A stretch of DNA of 64,000 nt from Octopus vulgaris. Its lineage: Eukaryota. The translations under genes were made by a program, and so were the position numbers. Position 1 is the first letter of the stretch. Every line of letters starts with the position of its first letter. The stretch is from the NCBI GenBank assembly GCA_951406725.2, contig OX597819.1, forward strand, positions 28,830,001 through 28,894,000. Reading direction: 5' to 3'. Shown here piece by piece: positions 37,836 to 51,399 of this stretch. A model generated the notes under the pieces. The model worked only from the letters and a program-made list of their open reading frames with translations. It had not been told where the DNA came from and ran no database searches.

Positions 37836-38877
37836 GCAACAGCAATAGAAGTAACTAGGTAGTCTCTATGTTGTCAGTAGATAAATCACCATTGAAATAG
37901 ACATTACCATCTTGAAAAGAGAAGGACAAACTGTATGGTGTGGGCCTAGGTACTCAATGCCTGAAAGAAGATGAGATGGTCATTTGTTTGAATGTCGTTT
38001 ATTGAAAGTCTGCTGAGCCAGAATTGTCTGGAGTCTAAGAAAGATCATACTTGTTATGTCTACCACTGGAGTTACAATCCTCATCATCATCATCATTGTA
38101 GCTGTCATCATCATCATCATCACTGCCATCATTTCTACCATCTCATTTGCCATTGCCATCACCATGAACACTGTCACTACCATCTCCACTATTCTCATCA
38201 ACGCTATTATCTGCCACCACCCCCACCTATCACTTCCCTCATCTGCTATCACCAATATCATACACCACCACACCACCTCCACCACAGCCTATCATTTCCA
38301 CTATCAATGTCGTTCACACTATAAACTAGAAATAGTGACTCTGTGTCTGTCTTTATGAAATCCGAGAGTTCAAAGAAGAGTTCAGTAAGTTAGATTCTTC
38401 ACACCTCAAGGGAACTGAACTTCTCAAATGCCTTTATAGACTAATTACAAACACAGACCATCACCAATTTCTCCAGCTGATTTTGGATTTTACTTCTTCA
38501 AATAAGTCTGAAGTCAACAAGAAAGCTTCTAACCTCTAAGCAGTTGTTTGGGCTATTAGAAATAACAGCCAGATTTTCCTCCAATCACATTTTTACCATT
38601 TTAAAACGGAAGAGCATTTTGGATGCATATTATTATATTTTGTAAGAGTCATACAGTAAACTATCTCTTAGCCTGTGCTCAAATAAGTGGAACTCTTGAG
38701 TAATTGGCACCCAGACCAAGGAAGAAAAGAAAAAGAAAATGTGTTGTTAATTTAGAATCAAGAGAATTTGTACTAATTTGTGTTAATTGTCATTAAAACA
38801 AAGTACATTTCTACTGTTTCTAAAATGGATCATTACTTTTCAAAGAACAGCATTTTATTTTACTATATTTATAGTAT

Positions 38878-39190
38878 GGAGGCGCAATGGCCCAGTGGTT
38901 AGGGCAGCGGACTCGTGGTCGGAGGATCGTGGTTTCGATTCTCAGACTGGGTGTTGTGTGTGTTTATTGAGCGAAACACCTAAAAGCTCCACGAGGCTCT
39001 GGCATGGGGTGGTAACAACCCCTGTTGTACTCTTTTGCCCAAACTTTCTCTCACTCTTTCTTCTTGTTTCTTGAGTAACACTGCAATGGACTGGTGTCCC
39101 GTCCAGCTGGGGGGGGGGGCACAGATGCCATAGAAACTGGGAAACCAGGCCCATGAGCCTGGCTAGGCTTGTAAAGGGCACATAAATGAA
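38878..39190 (+). mobile_element. SINE family C
   Basis: Aligns along its length with 36360-36670. Confidence 0.85.
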
Positions 39191-39222
39191 TAAAAACATT
39201 TATAGTATATGTATTCTATTAA

Positions 39223-39438
39223 CCCTTTAGCATTTAGATCATTCTGTCAAATATAATGTTCACCATGTTTTGAATTCATCATGTATTTATGATCTCATAG
39301 CATCAATATTTCAATGATACTATTGTTTAGTTTTAGAATGGCATTGTAAGGTAGGTGTGAGAGGATGCATCTGGCTGGTTTGAACATAAAACAGGTTGAA
39401 TAGTTGAGCTGGATACAGCTGGTTTAAATGTTAAAGGG
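39223..39438 (+). mobile_element. piggyBac-type MITE family 1
   Basis: TTAA-CCCTTTAGCATTTA...TAAATGTTAAAGGG-TTAA. Confidence 0.85.
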
Positions 39439-39468
39439 TTAAGTGAATAAAACTTGTGTTTTACTTAA

Positions 39469-39688
39469 CCCTTTCATTACCAACCCGGCTGAAACCGACT
39501 CTGGCTCTGTAGTACAAATGTCTAGTTTACATAAGTTTTAAATTAAAATCTTCCACCAAATTTTTGTCACAACTAATCTTCCTAACTAGCTGAATGATAA
39601 CTAAGTTATTTTACTAAATCTTTTGTTAGATTTTAAATTAATTGAAAGAAACACGGAGCATCTCAAAATAAATACAGTAATGAAAGGG
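39469..39688 (+). mobile_element. piggyBac-type MITE family 2
   Basis: TTAA TSD and a perfect 12-bp TIR CCCTTTCATTAC/GTAATGAAAGGG. Confidence 0.88.
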
Positions 39689-40383
39689 TTAAATTATATA
39701 TTTATTTCTTCCTATTCCTCCCATTTCTACTATATTCAGAATATTAATGATAATACTGATGTGTATATAGGGTCTTAATGAGTTTTGTAAGGTGCTATGG
39801 TAAGTTTTTCTGTATTATATTGTTCAAGTGTATAACACACTCATTGGTTGTTGCTTGTCTTTACTCTTCTTCTTTTTCCTTAAATTTTTTGTAACACCTC
39901 TTTGTGGTTGCTGCAATGGATATAGATTTTCAAATGATCTAGACACACTGTAAATGAAAATATGATGTAAGGTTTGATCAATGCTAATTAACAACAGTCA
40001 CACAAATATTGCCGGATGTTATAGCTGCTCTATCACTAAATAGTATTGACAGTTACTTCATAAAAGTGTGTTCCAAATTAGACATGGTCTAGATCAATGC
40101 TGATGGAAATATATGTACATTTATTGAACCAGTTAAAAAACCTGAATCTAACGATCACTTGTTGTAATCAGCATCAGCAAAGTAGGTTTTATTAGTAATG
40201 CATGAAATTCTTTTTATTATAAGTTTGTATGCTGTTGAAAAATGAATTTCCTGATGTGTTTGTTAGGGAGAGAGAAATAGTTTTTGTCCTTTGTCTTAGA
40301 TACATTGACAAGTGTTTCTAACATTCAAATACAGGTTAATTTGAAGTAGGTGTGGTTAGGCACAAGTATGGCTCTATGCTTAA

Positions 40384-40605
40384 CCCTTTCGTTACCAACC
40401 CGGCTGAAACCGGCTCTGGCTTTGTAATACAAATGTCTTGTTCTCATAAGTTTTGAATTAAAGTCTTCCGCAAAACCTTAATCACAATTTATGTTCTTAA
40501 CACTAGCTTAATGATAGCTTAACACTTACTTTACTAAATTCTTTGTTATATCTAAAGTAATTGAAAGAAACAGAGCATCTCAAAATAAATACAGTAATGA
40601 AAGGG
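40384..40605 (+). mobile_element. piggyBac-type MITE family 2, inserted into the head of an old SINE A
   Basis: TTAA TSD, aligns with 39469-39688, and SINE sequence resumes at about 40606-40735. Confidence 0.85.
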
Positions 40606-41753
40606 TTAAGAAGCTCAATTTACAACTTCATTGTTTTGATTTCAAATCCATTGTGCAGCACCTTGGGCAAGTGTCCTCTTCCGTAACCCTGGGTTTATTA
40701 ATGCCTTGTGAGTGAATTTAGTAGATGAAAACCGTAAGAATGTGGAAACCTGTCATATAATTTTTGTTACAGTTTGGTATCCTGCTGATAAAGATTGGCA
40801 TTCTTTTCAAACCAAATTTAAAATACAAATGATGCTCTGCAATTAAAATTGATGATTTTAATGAGAGTGTCTCGTCAACTTTTATAGTGGACTCTCATAT
40901 GTGTGTTTTAAATTCTGGTTGAAAAAATGCTGGTACCATCAACAAGGAGCCTCATTAGCAGAAAGATATAAAACATTTTAATAATATAATTTGTTCATCT
41001 ACATTCCCAGTATTGTATGGAAGACATTTTTTTGAGTAAATTAACTGCTGGCAGAATTGTTAGCATGCTGAGTGAAATGCTTATCAGTATTTCATTTTGT
41101 CCCTATGTTCTGAGTTCAAATTCTGCTGAAATCGACTTTCATCCTCTTGCGGGGTTGATAAAATAAGTACCATTTGAGCACTGGGGTTGATGTGATTGAT
41201 TTAACTACTGCGTAAGAGTAAAACAAAAAAACTGCACACCTCTGCCAAGCCATATTGAGCCAGTGTGGTAGAGTAGGCCCATCAAACCTGTATGATCTCA
41301 AGCTCAAATTCACAGCCTCCATATCGGACTGTGGTTGGTGGAGAGAACATACAGAGACCTTTGTCCAGCAGTGGACTGAACATAGGCAATCCAATCCAAA
41401 TTGACTGCTGAATATTATTGATAATTGTTATATTGATGCTGGAGGAATGAATGGTAAAGTTGGTTTGAGCAGGATTTGACCTCAGATAAAAAGTAGGGTT
41501 AGAAATAAATTCTGTGAGATATTTCATCAGGTTGTTCACTATTATTGTCAATTGATCAATGGCGTTGTGTTGATCCCTCTTTTTCATAATCCATCACTCT
41601 CACTCTCTCGCCTCTATCACAATTTCAAAATGCAATACATTCCATCTAAAAAATTGGTCATGCAGACTGCCTTTTGAGATTAATTCCAAAAAATATGGAA
41701 CCACTAGAAGAGACTGTTCCAGTGTATTCGTTTATCCATAAGGATATAATTTC

Positions 41754-42990
41754 TGGTGCCGAGGATCATTCGAAACTCACATTGGTTATTTGACAATTTC
41801 TGCATTATGGAAAAACCTATTAGTTGCAGTAGTACAGCTTCAAGAGAAGCAACAGGAACAACTGCAAAAGTTGCAAAAACGAATACTACAACAACAACAA
41901 CAGCAACACTTAATTGAGTTACAGTCAGCAAAATCTGAAAATCCAATAAGCTTGTTTACGCCAGATGGCATGGCTAATGCAATTTTTGAATTTATGTATA
42001 ATCCAAAGGAAGGTATCATGTTTCCCATGTATTATATATTTAACAATAAGTGCAAGTCATGGTCGAAGGAGCAGAAAGCAAGGCTTTTACTATGCAATGT
42101 AGCTCCTGCCAAACATGAGTATTACTGTAACTTTATTCTGCCCAGAAAGTTGAGTGAGATTGGTTTCTAAGAAACCATGGAATTACTTTCAAAAATTTTT
42201 TATGATAGAAGTTCATTAGCCAGCATCAGAATGGAGTGATGGAACTTAACAAAAAATGAGGAGGATGATTTTATCACCTACGCCAGAGTAGTCAACTGTA
42301 TGTGTGAAAATTTCAAACTCCAGGATCACACTCAGGTTATGTTCAAATCACTTATCTTCATGCAAGGATTTATAGCACCTGAAGATAGAGAAATTTGGGC
42401 AAGAATTTTCTTGAAAATGGAGCAAGTGAACCAGGATTTATCTCTACAGACCATCGCAGAAGAATGTCAGACTAAATCTTAAACATAATGTGAAAAAAAT
42501 ACAAAATAAAGACACTGCAAAAATTCAAATGTTTTGTCCAGGGAAGCACAATCAAAAAAATGTGTCAAGCCCTAATCCATGTTAAGGTTGTGGAAGCCTA
42601 CACTACAAAAACAATTGTCTGTTTGAAAATAGAAAGTGCTATAGTTGTCAGAAGATGGGACACAGGAGATCTAATTATAGAACAAGACTACAAGGTTCAA
42701 ACACAAAAAGTTCTAAAGTGTTTTCAGTGGAGAATGATTGCAACAGAAAAACAAGAAAATTCATGCATGTAAAAATAAATGATGCGAATACCAAATTACA
42801 GTTAGACACAGGTAGTGACATCATGATTATAAATGCAGATACTTGGAAAACAATTGATAAACTGGGATTACGTAAAACAGTGAAAATAGCATGTGGTGTA
42901 ATGGCCGATAAATTACATTTCATGGGTAAACATGTATCGATGTCACATTTTGAGGAGAGACATGTGAAGCAAAATTATTCATTGTGGATA
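41754..42990 (+). mobile_element. Decayed Ty3/Gypsy gag-protease region
   Basis: Gag-like EFMYNPKEG..KARLLL..HEYYCNFILPRK..DDFITYARVVN, two degenerate zinc knuckles (PC*GCGSLH, CYSCQKMGH), aspartic protease LQLDTGSD, and a PBS-like TGGTGCCGAGGAT at 41754. Confidence 0.8.
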
Positions 42991-42997
42991 ATACAAT

Positions 42998-43160
42998 AGG
43001 TGTAGGAGTGGTTGTGTGGAAAGTAGCTTGCTTACGAACCACATGGTACCAGGTTCAGTCCCACTGTGTGGCACCTTGGGCAAGTGTCTTCTACTGTAGC
43101 CTTGGGCTGAACAAAGCCTTGTGAGTGGATTTGGTAGACAGAAACTGAAAGAAGCCCGAC

Positions 43161-43224
<64 letters not shown>

Positions 43225-43440
43225 ATATATTTGTGTGTCTGTGTTTGTCCCTCCAACATCGCTTGACGACTGATGCTGGTGTGTTTACATCCCCATAACT
43301 TAGCGGTTTGGCAAAAGAGTTCGATAGAATAAGTACTAGGCTTACAAAGAATAAGTCCTGGGGTTGATTTGCTCGACAAAAGGCGGTGCTCCAGCATGGC
43401 CACAGTCACATGACTGAAACAAGTAAAAGAGTAAAAGAGA
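42998..43440 (+). mobile_element. SINE family A, full length
   Basis: Head, internal (TA)n and 3' stem-loop tail. Confidence 0.88.
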
Positions 43441-43897
43441 GGGGAAAGAGAGATTCTTATGTGAATAGATGCACACACTTGGGTGTTTGCATCGATGGTT
43501 CAACCAACACACCAACCGACCAACCAGAAACTCTCTCTTAACTCAAAACGTCTTCTTGCTTTGTTAGCGACCAACATGAATTCTCTCAGGGACTTAAATA
43601 AAACTGAATGAAAAATCATAAGCATGCAGACACATAGACACATGCACACACACACACACACACACACACAAGCATGTATACACACACACACATCAAGAAT
43701 GTAATGTATTAACATTCATAACTTGCCTGAAGACTCTGTGTACCTACAGGCATAACTCAGAGATGCAAGAGACTGAATCAACTAAAATCAAAATAATATT
43801 AATCTAGATACTATGGCACTGAGTACTTTTTCTTCCAACTGTTATCATTAAATGGATGTGAAGGGAGTGCAGTGATAATAATTACTATCAACAGTAT

Positions 43898-44228
43898 AGG
43901 CGTAGGAGTGGCTGTGTGGTAAGTAGCTTGCTTACAAACCACATGGTTCAGGGTTCAGTCCCACTGTGTGGCACCTTGTGCAAGTGTCTTCTTCTATAGC
44001 CTCAGGTTGACCAAAGCCTTGTGAGTGGATTTGGTAGATGGAAACTGAAAGAAGCCTGTTGTATATATGTATATATATATATATATATATATCTGTAAAA
44101 TAATATGTGACAATTATTCAATAGCCAAGATAAAACTCTGAGTTTCGGATGCCAAGGTGGAAATCCACAACAGCATATCTTCGGTTATCTGGCCATCTGA
44201 AAAACCTTACCTTATCTTACCGTTTTCA

Positions 44229-44287
<59 letters not shown>

Positions 44288-44500
44288 GTGTGTATATGTT
44301 TGTGTGTTTTTGTTTGTCCCTCCAACATCACCTGACAACTGATGCTGGTGTGTTTACGTTCTCGTAACTTACCGGTTCGGCAAAAGAGGCCGATAGAATA
44401 AGTACTAGGCTTTCAAAGAATAAGTTCTGGGGTCGATGTGCTCGACTAAAGGTGGTGCTCCAGCATAGCCACAGTCACATGACTGAAACAAATAAAGAGT
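43898..44500 (+). mobile_element. SINE family A with a ~140-bp hammerhead-bearing insert (44093-44230) in its (TA)n
   Basis: The insert is absent from all other family A copies in the window. Confidence 0.85.
44124..44193 (-). ncRNA. Hammerhead ribozyme motif with U4->C variant
   Basis: gccagauaa-CCGAAGA-u-AUGC..GUGG/CCAC..GCAU-cc-GAAA-CUC-a-GAG-UU^-uuaucuuggc, with a well-paired helix I. Confidence 0.72.
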
Positions 44501-44886
44501 ATGCATGTGTAAATACATATATGTATGCATACATGCGTATGTATTCATATGTCTGTATATGTATGTAAATGATTGAAACAAGTAAAAGAGTAAAAGAGTC
44601 CTCAAACACACATATACACACATTGTTTCATGTATATACACAGCCAAAATGTATATGAGAATATTGTATCCATTTTATGAAGTCTCTGATCATAGAATTT
44701 TGATGAACTTTTATAATCAACATTTCCTTACTTTCCTCTATGTAACAAAATTATGATACATAGATACATGCGTGTGTGTGTGTGCAGTGTGTCTGTGTAT
44801 GCATATGAATATGTGTATATGTCTGAGTAGGTTTATATGTGTGTGTGTATGAGTATATATGCACGTATCTGTATATGAATATATAT

Positions 44887-45284
44887 GGCTGTGTGGTAAG
44901 AAGCTTGCTTACGAACCAGATGGTTCCGGGTTCAGTCCCACCGTGTGGCACCTTGGGCAAGTGTCGTCTACTATAGCCACGGGCTGATCCAAGCCTTGTG
45001 AGTGGATTTGGTAGACAGAAACTGAAAGAAGCCCGTCGTATATATGTATATATATATATATATGTGTATGTGTGTGTATATGTTTGTGTGTCTGTGTTTG
45101 TCCACCCCAACATCACTTGACAACCGATGCTGGTGTGTTTACGTTCACGTAACTTAGCAGTTCGGCAAAAGAGACCGATAGAATAAGTAGTAGGCTTACA
45201 AAGAATAAGTCCTGGGGTCAATTTGCTCAACTAAAGGCGGTGCTCCAGCATGGCCACAGTCACATGACTTAAACAAATAAAGAG
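44887..45284 (+). mobile_element. SINE family A
   Basis: Aligns with neighbouring copies. Confidence 0.88.
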
Positions 45285-45791
45285 TATGCATGTATAAATA
45301 CATATATGTATGCATACATGCGTTTCTATACATTCATGCATTCATATGTCTGTATATGTATGTAATTGTGTATATACATATATATGTCTGTGTATGTATG
45401 TGTGTTTATATATTTGTATATGTTTATATGTATGTATACACATGCACACAAACACACTAATATTTTTTGGTACATACAGAATATATAACCAACACTGGAA
45501 ATTTCTAAAAAAAAAAAAAAAAAGAAAAAATTAAAATATAAACTAAATCCATATTCAGACATAGCGTTATTTTTCTGATTATTATTTCGCTTAATTTTTT
45601 TTTTTCTTACTCAATGTATTTATATCTTTGTTTTATTTACAATATCAATAAATAAATAATATTTCTTTCTTGAAATATTGACAGGGAAAATATTTGAAAA
45701 AAAAAAAAAATGAAAAAAAGATGTAAGCAATAATATAAAACTAGAAATCACTGAAATATAGCTTTAAATGTTACGAAATACAATACTACTG

Positions 45792-45838
<47 letters not shown>

Positions 45839-46227
45839 CACACACACACACACACACACATACATTTATATGTATGTATGTGTATATATATATAGAAAAA
45901 ACAGTGAGCAGGACAACTAAGTGAAAAGAGAAACTAAAACAGTCGCTAAGACACCGAGAAAAATATTACCAAAAGTTTTCTGAGATACTTTGAAAAATAA
46001 TGTTTTAAGCTAAGTCAAGTTTAATAATATTCAGTAGACAATAATGTTTAAGCTAAATCAAGTTTAATAATATTTGGTTATGTAAAATATTTATTAATGT
46101 CTGACAGATTATGCATAGCTCTCATCTCTACGAGAATCATGTGAGCATATACATAGGCACTACTAAATACTCATTCAGTCAGTCGTTACATATACACTCA
46201 CTAATACATTGTATAAAGGATGAAGAC

Positions 46228-46298
46228 ATATTATTATTATTATTATTATCATCATCATCATCATTATTATCATCATCATCATCATCATCATCATCATT

Positions 46299-46330
<32 letters not shown>

Positions 46331-46386
46331 CATTCTTCTTCTTCTTCTTCTTCTTCTTCTTATTATTATTATTATTATTATTATTA

Positions 46387-46465
<79 letters not shown>

Positions 46466-46482
46466 CATCATCATTATTATTG
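46228..46482. repeat. Compound (TTA)n/(TCA)n/(TTC)n microsatellite
   Basis: Visible directly. Confidence 0.95.
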
Positions 46483-46909
46483 TAAATAATATTAAAAAAA
46501 AGTCTTGTTGCTGTTAAAGCAGTAAACTGGCAGAATGATTAAGCATGTTGGACAAAATACTAGCGGTATTTTTTCTGGCTCTTCACATTCTGAGTTCAAA
46601 TACTGCCATGGTTGACTTTGCCTTTTATCCCTTTGGGGTTGATGAATTAAGTACCTGGGGTTGATGTAATCAACTAGTCTCCTCTCCCAAAGTTTCAGTC
46701 CTTGTGTCTATAATGAAAAGGATTATTATTATTATTATTATTATTGTTATTATTATTGTATGACCCTTACAAAGGAGATGACAAAGGACTGAGATATCAG
46801 GTGTCTTACTGTACTCAAGAAGACCCATCTGACACAGCAGAATTGATATCGGTGCTGGTACCACATTAAAAAGCGTCCAATCTACTCTATGGAGTAGTTG
46901 GTATTAAGA

Positions 46910-47141
46910 GGGCGGCGAGCTGGCGGAAACGTTAGCACGCTGGACGAAATGCTTCGTGGTATTTCGTCTGTTGTTACGTTGTGAGTTCAAATTCCGCCGA
47001 GGTCGACTTTGCCTTTCATCCTTTCGGGGTCGATAAATTAAGTACCAGTTACGCACTGGGGTCAATGTAATCGACTTAATACCTATGTCTGTCCTTGTTT
47101 GTCCCCTCTATGTTTAGCCCCTTGTGGGTAATAAAGAAATA
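46910..47141 (+). mobile_element. SINE family B nested in an RTE-tail element
   Basis: Flanked by a duplicated GGTATTAAGA (46900-46909 and 47142-47151), consistent with a TSD. Confidence 0.85.
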
Positions 47142-47940
47142 GGTATTAAGAAAGGCTTCCAGCCATACAAACCATGCCAGAACAAGCAATGGAGCCTAGT
47201 GTGGTCCCTGGCCTTACCAACTCTGATCAAACTGTCCAACCTATGCCAGCATGGAAAATGGATGTTAAATGATGATGATGATGATGATGATAAGCTGGCA
47301 GAATAATTAGCAGCATTTCTTCAAACACACTGTATTCTGAGTTCAAATTCCAGCAAGGCTGATTTTGCCTTTTATCCTTTTAAGGCCATTAAAGAAAGTA
47401 CTGCTTGAACACTGGGATCAATGTTATCAACTAACCCTTCTTTTCAAAATCACTGGCTTTGTGCCAGAATTAAAATTAATAGTGTTACCATGGTAATGAG
47501 TTGGCACAAACTATGTTCAGTGATTAAATTCTCAGCCAAGAGTTCAGAATGTGTTGGGGAATGTGGAATTACCCTTTAATAACTATTACTCCCAGATCCA
47601 TAGTGGTCTAGTGTGGTAATAGGTCTCACAAATCTCCAGGTATGAGTCAAATAGCCATCGATAGTCTTGTGGCTAAGGTATTCAAGACTGAGAAGGGCTG
47701 GCCTCCAGCCATGTGTCACAGAATCTTACCAGTGTGGATATATCACATGAAGCAATCACCCTACCTGAGGGTTAAATAGTCTCTGTACCTTACAGGTGAG
47801 ATCAAGGGAACAAGAGAGTGGCAGAGCTAACTGTAATAAACTGGTAGAAAGCAACGGGGAAACTGCAGCTTGTTTCTCAAGAAAATTCACTATTCTTCAG
47901 ATTTTGAAGCAGCGGTCCATGACTGATGATGTATAGGGAG

Positions 47941-47999
<59 letters not shown>

Positions 48000-48135
48000 A
48001 TGATGAGAGAATGATAGCTTGTTTTGATCTTCAATGCAAGCTGCCACAGAAATCCTATCATCTGACCACAGGGTCTAATTGTTCAGTAAGATTAAATGCA
48101 TATGTACGTGATTGTATGTGTGTGTGTGGTGGGGG

Positions 48136-48455
48136 GGATATGGCACTTTGGTATAAAATACTTTGGTCTAAAGCACTTTGATCTAAAAGCCTTTTTGTCT
48201 AAGCATTTTCACCTAAAGACAAAAAGGATTATTATAGTATAGTTATTTAGATCTTTTACATTTTTTTTGAGATTCTATTGACAAAATAGCTATTAGACTA
48301 AAGTGAGTTTAGAGAAAAATGTCTTTATACTAAAGGGCATTTAGACAAAAATGTCTTTAGACTATTGTGTATTCATACAAAAGTCACTTTAGACCGAAAT
48401 TCTTTAGACCATAGCACATTAGACCAAAGTGTTTTAGACAAAATATCCTAGATCC
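48136..48455. mobile_element. Foldback-type element built of ~16-bp subrepeats in opposite orientations
   Basis: Left units CTTTGGTCTAAA, right units TTTAGACCAAAG. Ends GGAT.../...ATCC. Confidence 0.65.
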
Positions 48456-50561
48456 ATGTGTATGTGTTAGCTGTGCAGTTGACTTAATTGTTTGAGAATC
48501 TTTAAGTATTTAAATAAATTGTTAATTATTTTTCTAAAGCCATCAAAAGCATTCTTGTAATTGGTCACGCATATATTTATTTCTCTATACTGACGACGAT
48601 GATGTTATTTGGCCCCAGGTCAACTCTGAGAGAGCAACCTATGATCAAAAACTTTTCAATCAAGACCATCCTTCTTTTTCAAACTGCATAGGACTTCTTT
48701 TGTCCAATAATTCAGTACCATTGCATGTGATTTAAAAGAGATTTAATTGCTATTTGTAGCAGTTTACAACCACATACAGGTTCTTACAGTGACCTGTCTC
48801 TGCTAATGTGGTTTTACTCAGGTTTTAGAATTCTTTTGATTAGTAATACAGCCTCAAGGAAGCTTATCAATTATCTTGTTTTAATTTTTAACTGAAAAAT
48901 ATCAAAGAAGGCTAAAATCTCCAACTTCCATTATTTTGAATATTAGAGTGAACCATCACATACTTAATTATGTGAGCTAAGAGATTTCAAGTAAAAGTAC
49001 ATTTGTATAAAAAAAATCACTATCTTTATCATTAATTCAGTATAAAACTTGTAGGGGAGACAACTCTGAAATTTAAATTAGCTAAAATTATGTACAGTGA
49101 AAGCATTTTACAATTTTATTACACATCGTCATTGAAACAGTCTAATGATTATTGCCAGATCTTTAATGACTTGAGAGAAAGAAATAAACCTTAAATTTTA
49201 ACTTCAACTTTTACAATTTTCATCACAGACATCTTTGCTGCTTCAATTATGGTTAATGCCAGCCAACCTTTACCACTAAATATTTCTTCATATAGCCTAC
49301 ATTATCTGTTTATAATCCATTCACATTAATCATTTAGTGTCTAATGTCTATCAACGAGCTTCCATTCATATGAATATAACTTTGGTTTGGTGTCTTTGAA
49401 AGTTAAGTTTGCTATATTAAATTTAACACTTTTAGATATTTCCTTTGAATGGCTTTAACAAATCACCCAACTATTAAACCCCCTCACACACACATGTATA
49501 TAAGTTTTATGTCTACTGGTTGTTCATTTCATTTCCATTGCAAGTGGGAGAAATGTCTTGCAAGAAATCCATGTTTTTTTTTTTTTCCCATTGATAAAAC
49601 GAAAGGCATAAAATATATTAACTTTATGCATTTACTTAATTGAATTTTCTTTTCTTTTTCTCTCATTTCGACTATAGAGACCTTAATAAATGTAAGAAGT
49701 TGCTATTTCAGTCTGGGTGGATTTCTTCAGTATGATGTAACCAATGACATTACTGTGTGGTTATTCATTAATGACATTATATTACATGAAGTTATTTTAT
49801 TGAACGAGAGATAGGGAAAGTATAGAATGAGAACATTTCACTAGGAAGAAATTTTTGTTCATATTTGTCACAGATCATTAGTTATATATAGGTGCAGATA
49901 TGCTGTAAGATTCCCAACCACATGGTCTTGGGTTCAGTCCCACCATGTGGCATGTTGGTCAAGTGTCTTCTATAGCCCCAGGTCAACCAAAGTCATGTGA
50001 GTGGATTTGGTAGATAGAAAGAAACCAGTTGCATCATCATCATCATCATTTAATGTCTATTGTCCAAACTGGCATGGGTTGGACAGTTTGATCAGGGCTG
50101 GCAAGCTGGAAGGCTGCACCAGACACCAGTCTGATTTGGCACAGTTTCTATGGTTGGATGCCCTTCCTAACACCAACCACTCTGATAGTGTAATGGGTGC
50201 TTTTGTGTGCCACCAGCACGGGTGCCATTTGCATTACACCACCAGTATCTGCACACGCTCAAACCCACACACACACACACGCATGCACGTGTGTGCATAT
50301 ATATACATGTATGTGTGTGTGAGTGTGTGTATACTTGTGTCATCTTGTCTTGACTTTGCATGATAGTTGTAAATGAGTTTCACTGTCATACAAGCAGTGT
50401 CATTAATTTCCAATATTCTGTGAGAACATGTCTGACTATGAGGAAATACTACCTTGTTTAGAAAAAGGTGAGAGGTGGTGAGAAGAAGGGCGTCCGACCC
50501 TAGAAAATCTGCCTAAATATACTTTGTTGGATTCATGTAAACATAGGAAAGTGGACATTAA

Positions 50562-50601
<40 letters not shown>

Positions 50602-51235
50602 ATACACACACACACACAGCATATATAATGCTATTTATATAAATGTAAAAAGAAACACTATATTTCTACATTATAATTAGCTTTTTTAAAGAATATCATA
50701 AATAATAAAATATGAAATGGATATAATCTCAAGAAAATAAATATATTAATTAGATTATAGAAATACCATTCTATTATTAATTGTATTAAGTTTTGTTATG
50801 CTCTCAACTCTCTTCCTTATCACTATCAATGACCAAATTCAAAACCTGAACACACATACTTCATGCAGTTTATACTTTTCACAGTCATATCTAACCTGTA
50901 TATATACCAGACTATATATGTACAACAATCTTTAACAAAGACTACATAAACATCCTCTATTGTGGATGGGATAATCTAGACTCCCTTAACAACATTAACA
51001 CACAGTAATAACACAAATAAAGGAAACACACAATGTTATGCTCCATCTAGAAGCTAGAAATGTTTGGTTCAAAGTCGCTGATCTCTCATGGCAACCCTAT
51101 ATTCATAACATTGCTTTAAATCTGCATCTGAAAGTCTGGTTAGGACCGTCTCATCAAGTAAAATTCAGAACCATTGGAAACCAGCGAGAGTTAGTATTGG
51201 AAACAAATAAAGTAAAAGAAAATAATAATGTAATA

Positions 51236-51376
51236 TTAGGTTGTCCCAAAAGTTCGTAAACACTTGCGAAAATTGAATTTTTACTCACCAAGTACTAACA
51301 AAAACAACAAAAATTATTCCTCAAAATAAAGATCCTTATTTTCCAAGACTTTCTACGAACTTTTGGGACAACCTTA
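51236..51376. mobile_element. mariner-type MITE
   Basis: TA TSD. TIR TTAGGTTGTCCCAAAAGTTCGTA / TACGAACTTTTGGGACAACCTTA. Confidence 0.88.
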
Positions 51377-51399
51377 TAGTTAAAATATAGCTACCATCC

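Noticed and set aside
43722-43785. CUGAAGA followed by a possible helix II
   Set aside because: No GAAA box and helix III is degraded. At best a dead hammerhead remnant, so it was not annotated.
46111-46489. Poly-Leu/Ile/Tyr/His ORFs resembling membrane or His-rich proteins (also 29920-30269, 37980-38358)
   Set aside because: Trinucleotide repeats or low-complexity CAT/CAC tracts open in several frames, with no splice or domain support.
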